From contig CAVRCF010000001.1 of the NCBI GenBank assembly GCA_963719505.1, positions 1,223,754 through 1,287,753 of the forward strand: DNA of 64,000 nucleotides, read 5' to 3'. Source of the DNA: Halobacteriovoraceae bacterium (lineage in GTDB: Bacteria; Bdellovibrionota; Bacteriovoracia; Bacteriovoracales; Bacteriovoracaceae). Under the pieces are notes generated by a model. That model saw only the letters and a program-made list of their open reading frames with translations. It made no database searches and was not told where the DNA came from. The translations under genes were made by a program, and so were the position numbers. Of this stretch, positions 1 through 9,711 are shown one piece after another; position 1 is the stretch's first letter, and each line of letters opens with the position of its first letter.

Positions 1-1
1 T

Positions 2-352
2 ATCGTTACGGCGCAAAAAGAAACTCAATTAAGTGAAAGATTAGATCAAAGAAATGTACTTTTTTTAAAGAAAGTAGAAGCTGCTAAGCAAAAGATTTTA
101 GCGGGTGAATATGGTTTGTGTGAAGACTGTGGAGTGGAGATTTCACAGAAAAGACTAATGGCGAGACCTACTGCTTGTTTATGTATTGGCTGCCAAGAAG
201 AAAAAGAGAGAGAGCAGTTTGGAAGTATCAAGCACAGAAGAGATTTAAGTGCTATGACACAAGAAGAGTATTCTGAAGATGGGCATATCGACAGAAAAAC
301 GAAGTTTTCTAATATGAAAACAATTGGTTTTGAAAGTGTTGTTGATCTTTAG
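2..352 (+). CDS. DksA/TraR family C4 zinc-finger protein (5' truncated by window edge)
   Basis: Frame is open from position 2 (IVTAQKETQL...KILAGEYGLCEDCGVEISQKRLMARPTACLCIGCQ). The YGxCxxCG...RL...P...CxxCQ pattern is the DksA/TraR zinc finger. Confidence 0.85.
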   Translation: MVTAQKETQLSERLDQRNVLFLKKVEAAKQKILAGEYGLCEDCGVEISQKRLMARPTACLCIGCQEEKEREQFGSIKHRRDLSAMTQEEYSEDGHIDRKTKFSNMKTIGFESVVDL

Positions 353-375
353 AACTAACCCAAAATGAATGAATT

Positions 376-403
376 AAAAAGCCATCGAATGATGGCTTTT
401 TTT
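376..403. terminator. Bidirectional intrinsic terminator
   Basis: AAAAAGCCATC-GAAT-GATGGCTTTTTTT between convergent genes. Confidence 0.85.
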
Positions 404-409
404 ATGTTC

Positions 410-706
410 TTAATTTCTTGTTCTTCTTTCCAATTCTTGAATCAAACTAGAGGTGTCTATTTTGTTTAAGAGATCCTCCTCGTTTTCAGTCAAGACTTGT
501 TCACTTCTTTTAATTCCCGCCAAATACATCATGGCCATATGCTGTTTTCGAGAAAGCATATAGCCCCCAAGCTTAGAGTCCATGGCCTCATGAGTGAGCT
601 GAAGTTTTGTTAAAAACTCATTTGGGTTGACCCCAGCCCGACTTGCATACATGAAGAAAATCGGTTGGGGGACCATATAGTACTGCTCAATCTTTGGCTG
701 TTCCAC
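410..706 (-). CDS. Hypothetical protein, translationally coupled to htpG
   Basis: 98-aa ORF whose GTG start overlaps the htpG TAG stop (TAGTG); ends just before the terminator. Confidence 0.7.
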   Translation of the reverse strand: MEQPKIEQYYMVPQPIFFMYASRAGVNPNEFLTKLQLTHEAMDSKLGGYMLSRKQHMAMMYLAGIKRSEQVLTENEEDLLNKIDTSSLIQELERRTRN

Positions 707-2631
707 TAAAGAGCTAAGTTAGAAAGTTCAGAAACAAGATCTTGAGAACGGTTCACAAAAACCTCTCTTTCTTTGTCATCTAAACCTTCACCTGAAATTG
801 AGGCAAGATCTTGAATATGATGACAAATCTTTGTCGCTAGATCTTTGTTCTCACCTTTATTCCAAATCTTAAACGCATTTTTCACAAGGTTATTCTCTGT
901 GTTTAAAACAAGAGTCCTTTTAAGTGGCATTGAAAAACTACTTTGACCCATTTGAGCCGTCATCTTTTGGAAACGCTTCATTTGTTCGTCTACTTTAAAG
1001 TAAGCGGCACTGGTAGCATTCTTAAAGTTTCGGACTTCAATTTCCATCTGTGCTGGATCGTCTTCTTTTTTCTCACCAACGAGGATTGATCTAAAGGCAT
1101 CTTGAATTTTAATATCATCTTCAGTTGCGTTTTGAGTCTCTAAGATTTCTTCGATAGCATTGTCGATAACAGTAAATTTGAACTCATTGTCACCTTTTTT
1201 CTGCATCTCTACGTGTTGCATGAAGTGAGAGTCAATATAGTTATCTGTTGTTATCGCTTGAATCCCTTCTGACTTTAACTGCTCTCTTAAGGCGACATTT
1301 GAGGCACCATCTTCAAAGTAGATAACTTTGTCGCCAACTTTTTCTTTATAGTCCGCTGGAACAGCTTCTTTATATTCATTAAGAGTGACGTATTTACTAT
1401 CAGAGTTTTTAAAGAGAACTCTCTCTCTCATTTGGTCATCAAATTTTGTATCAGAGATAACACCGTATTTAATGAAAAGACCAATGTCTTCCCAAGACTT
1501 CTCGTATTTTTCTCTCTCATTTTTATGAAGCTTCTTTAAACTCTCACCAACTTTCTTAATGATATAGTTTGAGATCTTCTTAATATTTGGATCTCCCTGA
1601 AGAGCAGATCTTGAAACGTTTAATGGGATATCAACTGAGTCAATAGCTCCTTTTAAAAGGCCTAAGAATTCAGGGATGACATCTTTAACATTATCAGAGA
1701 CGAAAACTTGTTTCGAATAAAGTTTGATATTGTTCTCATTCATTGGTTTATTAGGATTTAACTTTGGAAAGTATAAAATCCCTTGCAATGTAAACGGGTG
1801 ATCAACATTGAGGTGAAGCCAAAAAAGTGGCTCTTGATCCATTGGATATAGTTTTCGATAAAATCCTTTATAGTCTTCATCGGTAAGCGTCGTTGGATCT
1901 TTTTTCCAAAGAGGAGTCGTCTCATTTATAATATCAGCGTTAATTGGCTTTTTATCTTCTTCCTTTTCAGCTTTTGCATTTTCAGCAGCGATTCTATCGT
2001 TTTCATTTAAATCTTTAAGCTCAATTTGATAGGGCATAAAGTCACAGTAACGAGTCAGTGTTTCGCGCGTTTTATAAGTATTTAAAAAGTCTTCACTCTC
2101 TTTATTGATGTGAAGAATGATTTCTGTTCCAACTTCAGTTCTATCTGAATCAGAGAATTCGTAATCTGTATCTCCGTCACAAACCCATTTCGTTGGCTTT
2201 GAATCTTTGTTCATTGAAAGAGAGTTGATCACAACTTTATCAGCAACCATGAAAGATGAATAAAAACCGAGTCCGAATCGACCGATAATTTCATCTTTTG
2301 TTGTCTCGTTTTCCTTCATATTCTTAACAAATTCTTCAGCGCCTGAGAAAGCCAGCTGAGCAATATATTTTTCAACTTCAGCCTCTGTCATCCCAAGACC
2401 ATTATCAGTAATTGTGATGGTCTTTGCTTTTTTATCGATGGCGACTTCAACTTTTCCAGTTGGCATTTGTTCTCCAGCTGTTCTCGCTAGAGAAGTTCTC
2501 TTTGTTATTGCATCGCATGCATTTGAGACAAGCTCTCTGATAAAAATATCGTGCTCTGAATAAAGCCATTTTTTAATAATGGGAAGGATGTCAGTTGTGT
2601 TAACCGAGATGGTTCCTTTCTTTGTCGTCAT
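706..2631 (-). CDS. htpG: Molecular chaperone HtpG (Hsp90)
   Basis: LYS..DIFIRELVSNACDA, DNGLGM, IGRFGLGFYSSF and IPLNVSRSALQ GHKL/Hsp90 motifs; AAGGAG RBS. Confidence 0.97.
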   Translation of the reverse strand: MTTKKGTISVNTTDILPIIKKWLYSEHDIFIRELVSNACDAITKRTSLARTAGEQMPTGKVEVAIDKKAKTITITDNGLGMTEAEVEKYIAQLAFSGAEEFVKNMKENETTKDEIIGRFGLGFYSSFMVADKVVINSLSMNKDSKPTKWVCDGDTDYEFSDSDRTEVGTEIILHINKESEDFLNTYKTRETLTRYCDFMPYQIELKDLNENDRIAAENAKAEKEEDKKPINADIINETTPLWKKDPTTLTDEDYKGFYRKLYPMDQEPLFWLHLNVDHPFTLQGILYFPKLNPNKPMNENNIKLYSKQVFVSDNVKDVIPEFLGLLKGAIDSVDIPLNVSRSALQGDPNIKKISNYIIKKVGESLKKLHKNEREKYEKSWEDIGLFIKYGVISDTKFDDQMRERVLFKNSDSKYVTLNEYKEAVPADYKEKVGDKVIYFEDGASNVALREQLKSEGIQAITTDNYIDSHFMQHVEMQKKGDNEFKFTVIDNAIEEILETQNATEDDIKIQDAFRSILVGEKKEDDPAQMEIEVRNFKNATSAAYFKVDEQMKRFQKMTAQMGQSSFSMPLKRTLVLNTENNLVKNAFKIWNKGENKDLATKICHHIQDLASISGEGLDDKEREVFVNRSQDLVSELSNLAL

Positions 2632-2743
2632 GAATTAACTCCTTGTAATATTTACGGTTTTAATTAATTGGTCTATGATTCTTTTACAAACGCTTCTAAG
2701 ATGGGAGCAACTTCATACAAGTCAAGGGTAGGGTGGATAAAAA

Positions 2744-3262
2744 ATGTCTAATCCAATGCGAAAAATTACTATTCTCACCACAGGTGGAACAATCGAGAAA
2801 ACATATGATGAGACATCAGGCTCATTAAAAAATCGTGAGACCGTGATCAGAAATCGAATTCAAGAAAACTTGAGACTGCCTTATGTGAAAATCGAAGTAA
2901 AGTCTCTTATGAATAAAGACTCACTGGATATGGATGAACAAGATCGAGGAATCATTCTCAAAGCTATCGAGCGCTTTATGGGGTATGGAAATCCCATCGT
3001 GGTTTTGCACGGAACAGATACCATGCAACAAACGGCTGAAGTCGTTCAGGCCAATATCGTTGCGCCTTCGGTTCCAATCATTTTTACAGGAGCAATGAAG
3101 CCTTTAGGATTTATTGACTCGGATGCTATTCAGAATGTCACCGAAGCCATGTTTGCTACGGGAATTGTGCGCCCAGGCGTTTATATCTCTTTTCACAATA
3201 GACTCTTTGCAGTCCCAGGTGTTCGTAAAAGCTTAGAACAAAGAACATTTGAGCGCTTCTAG
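2744..3262 (+). CDS. Asparaginase family protein (N-terminal catalytic domain only)
   Basis: TGGTI and HGTDT catalytic motifs, plus FTGAM. Confidence 0.88.
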   Translation: MSNPMRKITILTTGGTIEKTYDETSGSLKNRETVIRNRIQENLRLPYVKIEVKSLMNKDSLDMDEQDRGIILKAIERFMGYGNPIVVLHGTDTMQQTAEVVQANIVAPSVPIIFTGAMKPLGFIDSDAIQNVTEAMFATGIVRPGVYISFHNRLFAVPGVRKSLEQRTFERF

Positions 3263-3389
3263 TACCTTTAAGTGATTGAAAAAAAGAATCTCGCTCTTTG
3301 AATAGTATGTAAGCTTTTCATTTGTCATGAATTTCAAAGCTAAAACTGAGAAGCTCCAAAGAAATTTAAATCAATTCACAAGGAATATA

Positions 3390-3746
3390 ATGAGAAACCT
3401 TCTTTTATTAGTTGTTGTTTTAACAAGTCAATTTGCTCTCGCCTCAGATGCGATGTGGTCATGTGTTGATAATGGAATTAGATATGAAATTGATTGGAAT
3501 GAAGCTGAATTAAACTTTCATGATATCGCCTATGTTTATACAGATAGTAAAAAAATAAAAGCAAAGGTGATTGGCATGTCTATGTGGTCTCCTGACGTTG
3601 TCTTTTTCGATTCTAATAGAAATATTGAGGTTGTTCTCCTTCTAGATACTTCTGGGCGAAATGGATTTTATAAAATGTATGAATATAGTAATAGCTCACA
3701 AGGTAGCCTAGTATCTGATAGAGTAAAATGTGAGTTTAATTACTAG
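3390..3746 (+). CDS. Small secreted hypothetical protein
   Basis: AAGGA RBS before ATG 3390 (ORF track starts at 3327); signal peptide MRNLLLLVVVLTSQFALA; two Cys. Confidence 0.65.
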   Translation: MRNLLLLVVVLTSQFALASDAMWSCVDNGIRYEIDWNEAELNFHDIAYVYTDSKKIKAKVIGMSMWSPDVVFFDSNRNIEVVLLLDTSGRNGFYKMYEYSNSSQGSLVSDRVKCEFNY

Positions 3747-3896
3747 TAGCTTGTATAGGCCTACTAATCCTCAGGCTTGAGTATCTTCAGTGCAAATATT
3801 CTGTGCCTACACCCAGTAGGCCACACTAAGAGCTTTAACGAAATATCAGCAACTTAGCTCTCTTTCGGCAATTTTCTCCCTTATCTCTGTTACTCT

Positions 3897-3923
3897 TAAT
3901 AAACGGCAACTAGCCTCCGATAA
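3897..3923 (+). promoter_or_regulatory. Putative sigma28 (FliA) promoter
   Basis: TAAT-N15-TCCGATAA immediately before GTGATGATG start codons. Confidence 0.5.
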
Positions 3924-3930
3924 GAGAGTG

Positions 3931-5817
3931 ATGATGAAATTTAAAACGATATCTATTTTCTTATGCTTAACAATCTTTCTAACCAGCTGTATGCAGGCAG
4001 CAGACTCGGCGAGAAGGGGAGTTTCTTCTGACTCTAATTCAGTATTAGGGCCAGGAACGAATGGTGGAAATGGAGCCGTGGGCGGTGGTAATGATGCTAT
4101 CGATAATGCGGAAGTCATTGAACAAGCTGTCGTTGAAATTAGACACCTTATTGAACCCAAAATAGATGATTCAAGTGATGGTGGAACCTATCTTAAAAAA
4201 CTTACCATTCCAAAAAACTATAACGGACTTCTTTATATCGCGGGTCTGAATATCTCAACTCTGGTTAACGATGTGATTAAAGTTAGGTTTCGATTCGGAA
4301 CAACCAATAGTCCAATCGATATTGATGCAACAGTAAGCACCGGCGCTGGATTAACTCCTCAGACAAACGTTCAAGTTTTAATCCTCGATTTAAAGTCTAA
4401 ACCTTTTCAAAACGTGAGACTAGAGTACGACCTCTACGATTATAATACATATGATTACTCTGGAGATGGATCGGTTGTTCCCAATGAACCCGTTCTTGTT
4501 AATAGGGATAAAAATCTTTTTTGTCGAGGACTAAACTTAGAAGATGATCCTACATTTGAAGGAAGTTTATCTTCGGGTTGTAGTAGTGCAAACTCAGTTT
4601 GTAAGTACTCATTTGCAAAGGTTGTCGATCAAGGGTTAGTGAGAAATGATGGAGGTGTTTTAACTCCTATTACTCCTACAGAGCTTCAGGCTCAGTCTGG
4701 TGATACGACTTACTACGAAGATGCAGACTCAATAAAGTTAAGTCGCTGTTTAAATGATAATCCAACTCTGTATTCAAATACTTTTTTCTATGGAGCAGGA
4801 ACAGAATTTTTATCTAACTTTTTAACAACTCATACTATTAACGGTGCGTCCTATCAGTATAGAGGCCCTTACAGAAAAGTAAATGAAAGCATTTGGCAAA
4901 TTAAAGCCGCTGCTCAAACGAGCTTCTTTGGTCTCTTTGAAGGGCAGACTTTACTTGGTCATCCGTATGGATCCAAGTTATTTCCACTGGCAACAAAATT
5001 TAATCTTTTAAAAGATACTGAATTTTTAGGTTCACCAACACCGGATGGTGCTAAAGGCTTAAGCTTTATGGCTTCAAACGGTGAAACAACTTGGATGGAC
5101 GGCTGTAATGAGAGAGCCGTAAGTGCGGCGAATGATTACAACGGTGAAAGTATCGGCTCATGTAATGTAACATCTAAAATTCAAATTATAAGAACTGACG
5201 ATGAAGGGAACGAAGAAATTATCGCTTCTCAGGACGTAAAACTTCAAATCGTCAAAGGTGCAACTCTAAACACTAGTGGAGAGAATGTTCTTCTTTCAAG
5301 TTTTCAAGCTTGTTCTTCATCTAATCAATGTGGATCAGGAGAGTGTTGTATCAATAAGAGATGTTGGGATAAATCAATCGTCTCTCAATGTGTCGAAGAC
5401 GAACCAAGTTACGGTTTAGCAGAACCGGGGACAAGTTGTTCAAGTGATTACGAGTGTTCTTCTTTATGTTGTTCTCAGACAACAGGAAGATGTGCTGTTC
5501 ACGATACTTTGCAAGATCCACCAGCTCTTTGTTCAAAACCCACAGGTCAAAAATGTATTGCTAAAGAGTATTGTGCGAAAGTTCCTGTTACGAGATGTTT
5601 CATAATTAATACAGGTCTTGATAACCAAGGGGGAGACACTTGTGCTCTTCGTTGCTATACTTTCGAGGAGTTTGGGGACTGTGAGAATGGAACGTGTAAA
5701 CCACCTATTCAGCCACAACTTCCTCAGTTCGATGAAAACGATCCTAATCGATGTGATGAGGCTTGTGATCCACCGGATTTCTCCAATGGATACTTCGACT
5801 TTACTTGTGGTAGTTAA
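3931..5817 (+). CDS. Cysteine-rich lipoprotein (C-terminal Dickkopf/knottin-like Cys arrays)
   Basis: Lipobox LTSC; 22 Cys in the last ~170 aa, including C-x5-C-x3/4-CC units. Confidence 0.75.
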   Translation: MMKFKTISIFLCLTIFLTSCMQAADSARRGVSSDSNSVLGPGTNGGNGAVGGGNDAIDNAEVIEQAVVEIRHLIEPKIDDSSDGGTYLKKLTIPKNYNGLLYIAGLNISTLVNDVIKVRFRFGTTNSPIDIDATVSTGAGLTPQTNVQVLILDLKSKPFQNVRLEYDLYDYNTYDYSGDGSVVPNEPVLVNRDKNLFCRGLNLEDDPTFEGSLSSGCSSANSVCKYSFAKVVDQGLVRNDGGVLTPITPTELQAQSGDTTYYEDADSIKLSRCLNDNPTLYSNTFFYGAGTEFLSNFLTTHTINGASYQYRGPYRKVNESIWQIKAAAQTSFFGLFEGQTLLGHPYGSKLFPLATKFNLLKDTEFLGSPTPDGAKGLSFMASNGETTWMDGCNERAVSAANDYNGESIGSCNVTSKIQIIRTDDEGNEEIIASQDVKLQIVKGATLNTSGENVLLSSFQACSSSNQCGSGECCINKRCWDKSIVSQCVEDEPSYGLAEPGTSCSSDYECSSLCCSQTTGRCAVHDTLQDPPALCSKPTGQKCIAKEYCAKVPVTRCFIINTGLDNQGGDTCALRCYTFEEFGDCENGTCKPPIQPQLPQFDENDPNRCDEACDPPDFSNGYFDFTCGS

Positions 5818-5839
5818 TTAAAATCAAAAGGACTATTAT

Positions 5840-6259
5840 ATGCTTCCAGAGCTAGAAGACTGCTTTCTTGACCACGTTGCGATTGCAACAAGTGACCTTG
5901 AAAAAAGTGTAAAAATATTTACTGATTTGGGACTTGTTTTCCAAGATAAAAGAGAAATTGTTGAAGAACAAAAAGTTAAGACTGCCTTTGCTCATATCGA
6001 CACTAACGCTCATATAGAGCTTCTAGAGCCAACAAGCCCAGAGAGCACTATTGCCAAGTTTATCTCAAAGAATGGTCCAGGAATTCATCATATGTGTTTT
6101 CGAGTAAAGGATGTCCAAGCAAAACAAAAAGAACTTATTGATAAGGGATTCAAGATGATTTATCCTCAACCAGTTGTTGGTGCAGGGAATTGTTTAGTTA
6201 ACTTTATCCATCCTAAATCGACAGGTGGCATTCTTTTAGAAATTTCAGAAAAAAAATAA
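5840..6259 (+). CDS. mce: Methylmalonyl-CoA epimerase (VOC family)
   Basis: DHVAIA, IELLEP, GPGIHHMCF, FIHPKSTGGILLE motifs. Confidence 0.92.
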   Translation: MLPELEDCFLDHVAIATSDLEKSVKIFTDLGLVFQDKREIVEEQKVKTAFAHIDTNAHIELLEPTSPESTIAKFISKNGPGIHHMCFRVKDVQAKQKELIDKGFKMIYPQPVVGAGNCLVNFIHPKSTGGILLEISEKK

Positions 6260-6270
6260 AGGCAAGTTCA

Positions 6271-6978
6271 ATGCAAGCAAGTTTTCAAGCTCCTCCGCTG
6301 ACAAAATATAATAAAATTTTAATCATCACAATCGTGGCCGTATTTATTTTAAGTGCCCTGACAAAAGGCGTGCTTGGAAGTTATCTCTCGCTGACGTTCC
6401 CTGGCTTTACCTCTGGTATGATTTATCAAATTTTAACCTATCCCTTTATTGAGGCAAGCTTTATGGGGCTGATTTTTGAAGGCCTCCTTCTGTGGTTCAT
6501 TGGAAGTGAGTTAGAGAGTCGATGGGGATCAAAGTTTTATTTAAAGTTCTTTCTCGTGTCCGTATTATCTGTTGCTGGGGTCTACCTTTTATTGAGCTCG
6601 GTTACTTCAGTTGTGACCCCTCTGATGGGAGTGACGGGCTTTAACTACGCACTACTGATGGCCTATGCTATTATCTTCTCTGAAAGACAGCTCATGTTTA
6701 TGATGATCTTTCCTATGAAGGCGAAATACTTTTGTATGCTTCTTGCGGCGATTCAACTTTATACAGGGTTTACTGCAACTTCAGGGGCGGTGAGTTTTTC
6801 TCATCTTGCAGCGATGCTCTTTGCTTTTGTCTTTTTAAAATATAAAAGTCTTCAAGCTAAAGGGGCCAACCTTCAAAAAGAAATCCACAAAAAAAGAATG
6901 AAGTCTAAACTTCATATTGTTAAAGATGAGAAACCAAAAGATCATCACGACCCAAAAGATCCGAAATACTGGCAATAA
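6271..6978 (+). CDS. Rhomboid-family intramembrane protein (catalytic Ser replaced by Thr)
   Basis: YQILTYPF, LLWFIGSELESRWG, multiple TM helices, SHL His; GVTG at the GxSG position. Confidence 0.75.
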   Translation: MQASFQAPPLTKYNKILIITIVAVFILSALTKGVLGSYLSLTFPGFTSGMIYQILTYPFIEASFMGLIFEGLLLWFIGSELESRWGSKFYLKFFLVSVLSVAGVYLLLSSVTSVVTPLMGVTGFNYALLMAYAIIFSERQLMFMMIFPMKAKYFCMLLAAIQLYTGFTATSGAVSFSHLAAMLFAFVFLKYKSLQAKGANLQKEIHKKRMKSKLHIVKDEKPKDHHDPKDPKYWQ

Positions 6979-7079
6979 GTTGAATGATTGCACATTATCT
7001 AAGGCATAGCTGTCAACTATAAGTCATTGAAACTCTTTATAACTTAATGAATAGTCTGTGTAAGTGTTATAGTTTATAA

Positions 7080-7646
7080 ATGAAAACGATAATTCTATTA
7101 AGCCTTTTTTCCCTATGTGCACATTCTATGGATAACCATAAAAAATTCTGCCGTTCGGGAGTCCTGTCACTTTACCTTCCCATGTACGCCTCTAAAATAG
7201 TCGATTGGTCTAGGCATCTTGTCGAGGAATTCTCGCAAGCAGACCCCATTTCCAATTCTGAGAAAGTGGCTTTAATAAAGCGAGCTGAAAGGTTCGAATA
7301 CGTCGAAGCTTGTGAGAATAAGGAAGGCACAAATGATATATTTGAGGACATAAGTATTCATAAAGATTCAATTAGTCATTTGGAAGGGGTTCGTGGAGTA
7401 GGCAGCAATCCTGCTCTTAAGTGCCATGAGATAGAAAAGCCAGATGAACAGTGGATGCAGTGGCGTCAAGTGGAGACGAGGAAGTTTTGTGAGGAAGTTC
7501 AAGGAAGTTATAAATGCTTAAAAGGGGATGATGGTCTTGTGAACTTTAAGTACATTCACGAAATAGGGCAAGAGAAGGATCCCAGAGCTCAATGTTTGCT
7601 TTTATTAAAGCAACTTAGACTGGCAATTGTTAAAAAGGGCCCTTAA
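7080..7646 (+). CDS. Secreted hypothetical protein
   Basis: Signal peptide MKTIILLSLFSLCAHS; six Cys in the mature part. Confidence 0.65.
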   Translation: MKTIILLSLFSLCAHSMDNHKKFCRSGVLSLYLPMYASKIVDWSRHLVEEFSQADPISNSEKVALIKRAERFEYVEACENKEGTNDIFEDISIHKDSISHLEGVRGVGSNPALKCHEIEKPDEQWMQWRQVETRKFCEEVQGSYKCLKGDDGLVNFKYIHEIGQEKDPRAQCLLLLKQLRLAIVKKGP

Positions 7647-7710
7647 TAAGCTTTACATCTTTTTCCCTTCTGTGTTAAAAATCAAGGTTCAATAATATAA
7701 GGAATTTTAT

Positions 7711-7890
7711 ATGAAACTTCGCATGGCATTAGACGACAAAATGTTGGACCTTAGACTGAGAGACAGACTTGTTTCTGAGGGAAAAGTTACAAAAGCTCAA
7801 GTAGATGAATTCTTAACTGGTTTATCTGATGAAGAAGGTAACTATATTCATGTTGATGAAAAAAAAGAATCTAAGTCTACTGAACAATAA
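7711..7890 (+). CDS. Small hypothetical protein (59 aa, absent from ORF track)
   Basis: AAGGA RBS; translation MKLRMALDDKMLDLRLRDRLVSEGKVTKAQVDEFLTGLSDEEGNYIHVDEKKESKSTEQ; fills the gap between genes. Confidence 0.8.
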   Translation: MKLRMALDDKMLDLRLRDRLVSEGKVTKAQVDEFLTGLSDEEGNYIHVDEKKESKSTEQ

Positions 7891-8347
7891 ATTTTGAGAA
7901 GTATATCTTCTTGATTACTTTTTTACCTAAAGCTCTATTGACCTGATTTTTAATTCTGGACTCAAGCAGGATTCTTCCTGTAACAGAATTGACGTCTTGG
8001 GGCTTCATATTCCCTGTAATATCTATTAACCGATCATTGATAAATGGCTTATAGGTTTTAATAATTTCTTCTTGTTCAGCTTCATACACCTCAATATTCA
8101 TAGTGAGATTTAAAAAGCGTAAACGCTTTTGGCGAGAGTAAAGATTAACAACGATTTCTTTGAAGACTATAGGGCTTCTGTTGAAGTCACTCAAACTTCC
8201 GCTGACCATATCAGTAAACTGACCTTGAGAGTCTGTAACAGGTGGCTTTATGATATTGTGGGAATACCAGATTGTTCCAACCGCACCTAAAACAATAAGT
8301 GCATTGATTGCGAGAATAATTTTGTCGAGTGATCTGTTCCCTGTCAT
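7877..8347 (-). CDS. fliL: Flagellar basal body-associated FliL family protein
   Basis: N-terminal TM, EIVVNL...RFL, P.IND.L and C-terminal IKKIYFSKFIVQ typical of FliL. Confidence 0.88.
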   Translation of the reverse strand: MTGNRSLDKIILAINALIVLGAVGTIWYSHNIIKPPVTDSQGQFTDMVSGSLSDFNRSPIVFKEIVVNLYSRQKRLRFLNLTMNIEVYEAEQEEIIKTYKPFINDRLIDITGNMKPQDVNSVTGRILLESRIKNQVNRALGKKVIKKIYFSKFIVQ

Positions 8348-8392
8348 ATCAATATCTTAACACAACAGGGAAAAATCAAAAAAGGTTATTTT

Positions 8393-9511
8393 TTAGAGAT
8401 ATTTTTGCGGGTCAAGCGGAGTGTATGGAAGCTCTAGGTCAATTGCAACCTGCTCATAACATAATCCACCTTTTAAAATATTAACACCAAGAGCAAATGC
8501 AGGATCTTTAGCTGCCGCTTTCTCAACACCAATAGCAGCGATCATTCTTGCGTACTTCAGGGTTACATTTGTTAGAGCGTAGGTAGAAGTTCTTGCTACC
8601 GCGCCTGGCATATTTGCAACACAATAATGCACAACACCGTCAACTTCAAATGTTGGGTTTTGGTGAGTAGTAGGAGTACAAGTTTCAATACATCCACCCT
8701 GATCGACAGCGATATCGACCACAACACTTCCTTTTTCCATTTTTGAGATCATGTCGCGAGTAACAAGTTTAGGGGCTTTAGCTCCTGGAACGAGAACAGC
8801 ACCAATGACGAGGTCTGAGGCTATTACTGATTCTTCAATATTTTGGATATTTGAATAAAGAGTTGTAATTCTATTGTCAAAAAGGTCATCCATTTCAGCT
8901 AGGCGTTTCGTTGATAGATCAATACAAGTGACATCAGCTCCTAGTCCCATGGCCATCTTTGTCGCATTTGTTCCGGCGATTCCACAGCCGATAACCGTTA
9001 CTTTTGCCCGTCTTACCCCTGGAACACCTCCAAGAAGAACGCCTTTACCACCTTTGTCTTTCTGTAAAAATGTGGCACCGACTTGAGTGGCCATTCTTCC
9101 AGCAACTTCACTCATTGGAACAAGAAGAGGAAGAGATCCGTCTGGGTTTTGGATCGTCTCATAAGCTACACATGTTGATCCTGAGTTCATGAGTCCTTCG
9201 GTAAGGTTCTTATCAGCAGCAAGGTGTAAATAGGTATAGAGTATATGGTGAGGTCTCAAAAGGGCTATTTCTTCAGGTTGTGGCTCTTTAACCTTGATGA
9301 TCATCTCTCCAGCTGCAAAGGCATCTTCAAGGGTATCAACCATTGTCGCACCAGCGGTGATAAACTCTTCATCCTCAATGCCAATACCGTGTCCAGCTGT
9401 CTTTTGAACAAAAAGTTCATGACCATCATCAACGAGTTGACGAACTCCTGAGGGAACTAGTCCAACTCGGTTTTCGTTGTTTTTAATTTCTTTAGGTACA
9501 GCAATTTTCAT
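8393..9511 (-). CDS. ald: Alanine dehydrogenase
   Basis: PKEIKNNENRV, KVKEP, YLHLAA, PMSEVAGR, DQGGC, YCVANMPGAV. Confidence 0.97.
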   Translation of the reverse strand: MKIAVPKEIKNNENRVGLVPSGVRQLVDDGHELFVQKTAGHGIGIEDEEFITAGATMVDTLEDAFAAGEMIIKVKEPQPEEIALLRPHHILYTYLHLAADKNLTEGLMNSGSTCVAYETIQNPDGSLPLLVPMSEVAGRMATQVGATFLQKDKGGKGVLLGGVPGVRRAKVTVIGCGIAGTNATKMAMGLGADVTCIDLSTKRLAEMDDLFDNRITTLYSNIQNIEESVIASDLVIGAVLVPGAKAPKLVTRDMISKMEKGSVVVDIAVDQGGCIETCTPTTHQNPTFEVDGVVHYCVANMPGAVARTSTYALTNVTLKYARMIAAIGVEKAAAKDPAFALGVNILKGGLCYEQVAIDLELPYTPLDPQKYL

Positions 9512-9711
9512 CTGAGATCCTTTTGGGAGTATTAATAATATTATGTTGTGTAATATAGGGTCTTTTATTTATTTTTCCTAGCAAAAAAAAGAAAGAGACA
9601 ATCGCTCGGGATTAATCTTGAAAAAAATACATATTTGCTCTTAATTCCCCGTTGGTTGCTGGTGGCCTAGAAGGTATAATATGGCTTCAAATGATCTTAA
9701 AAGGAGATTCA

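Noticed and set aside
3758-3822. Short inverted repeats (GGCCTACT...AGTAGGCC; GCCTAC-ACCCA-GTAGGC) in an intergenic region
   Set aside because: Only 6-8 bp, with no second copy noticed in the window and no recognisable riboswitch or IS end.
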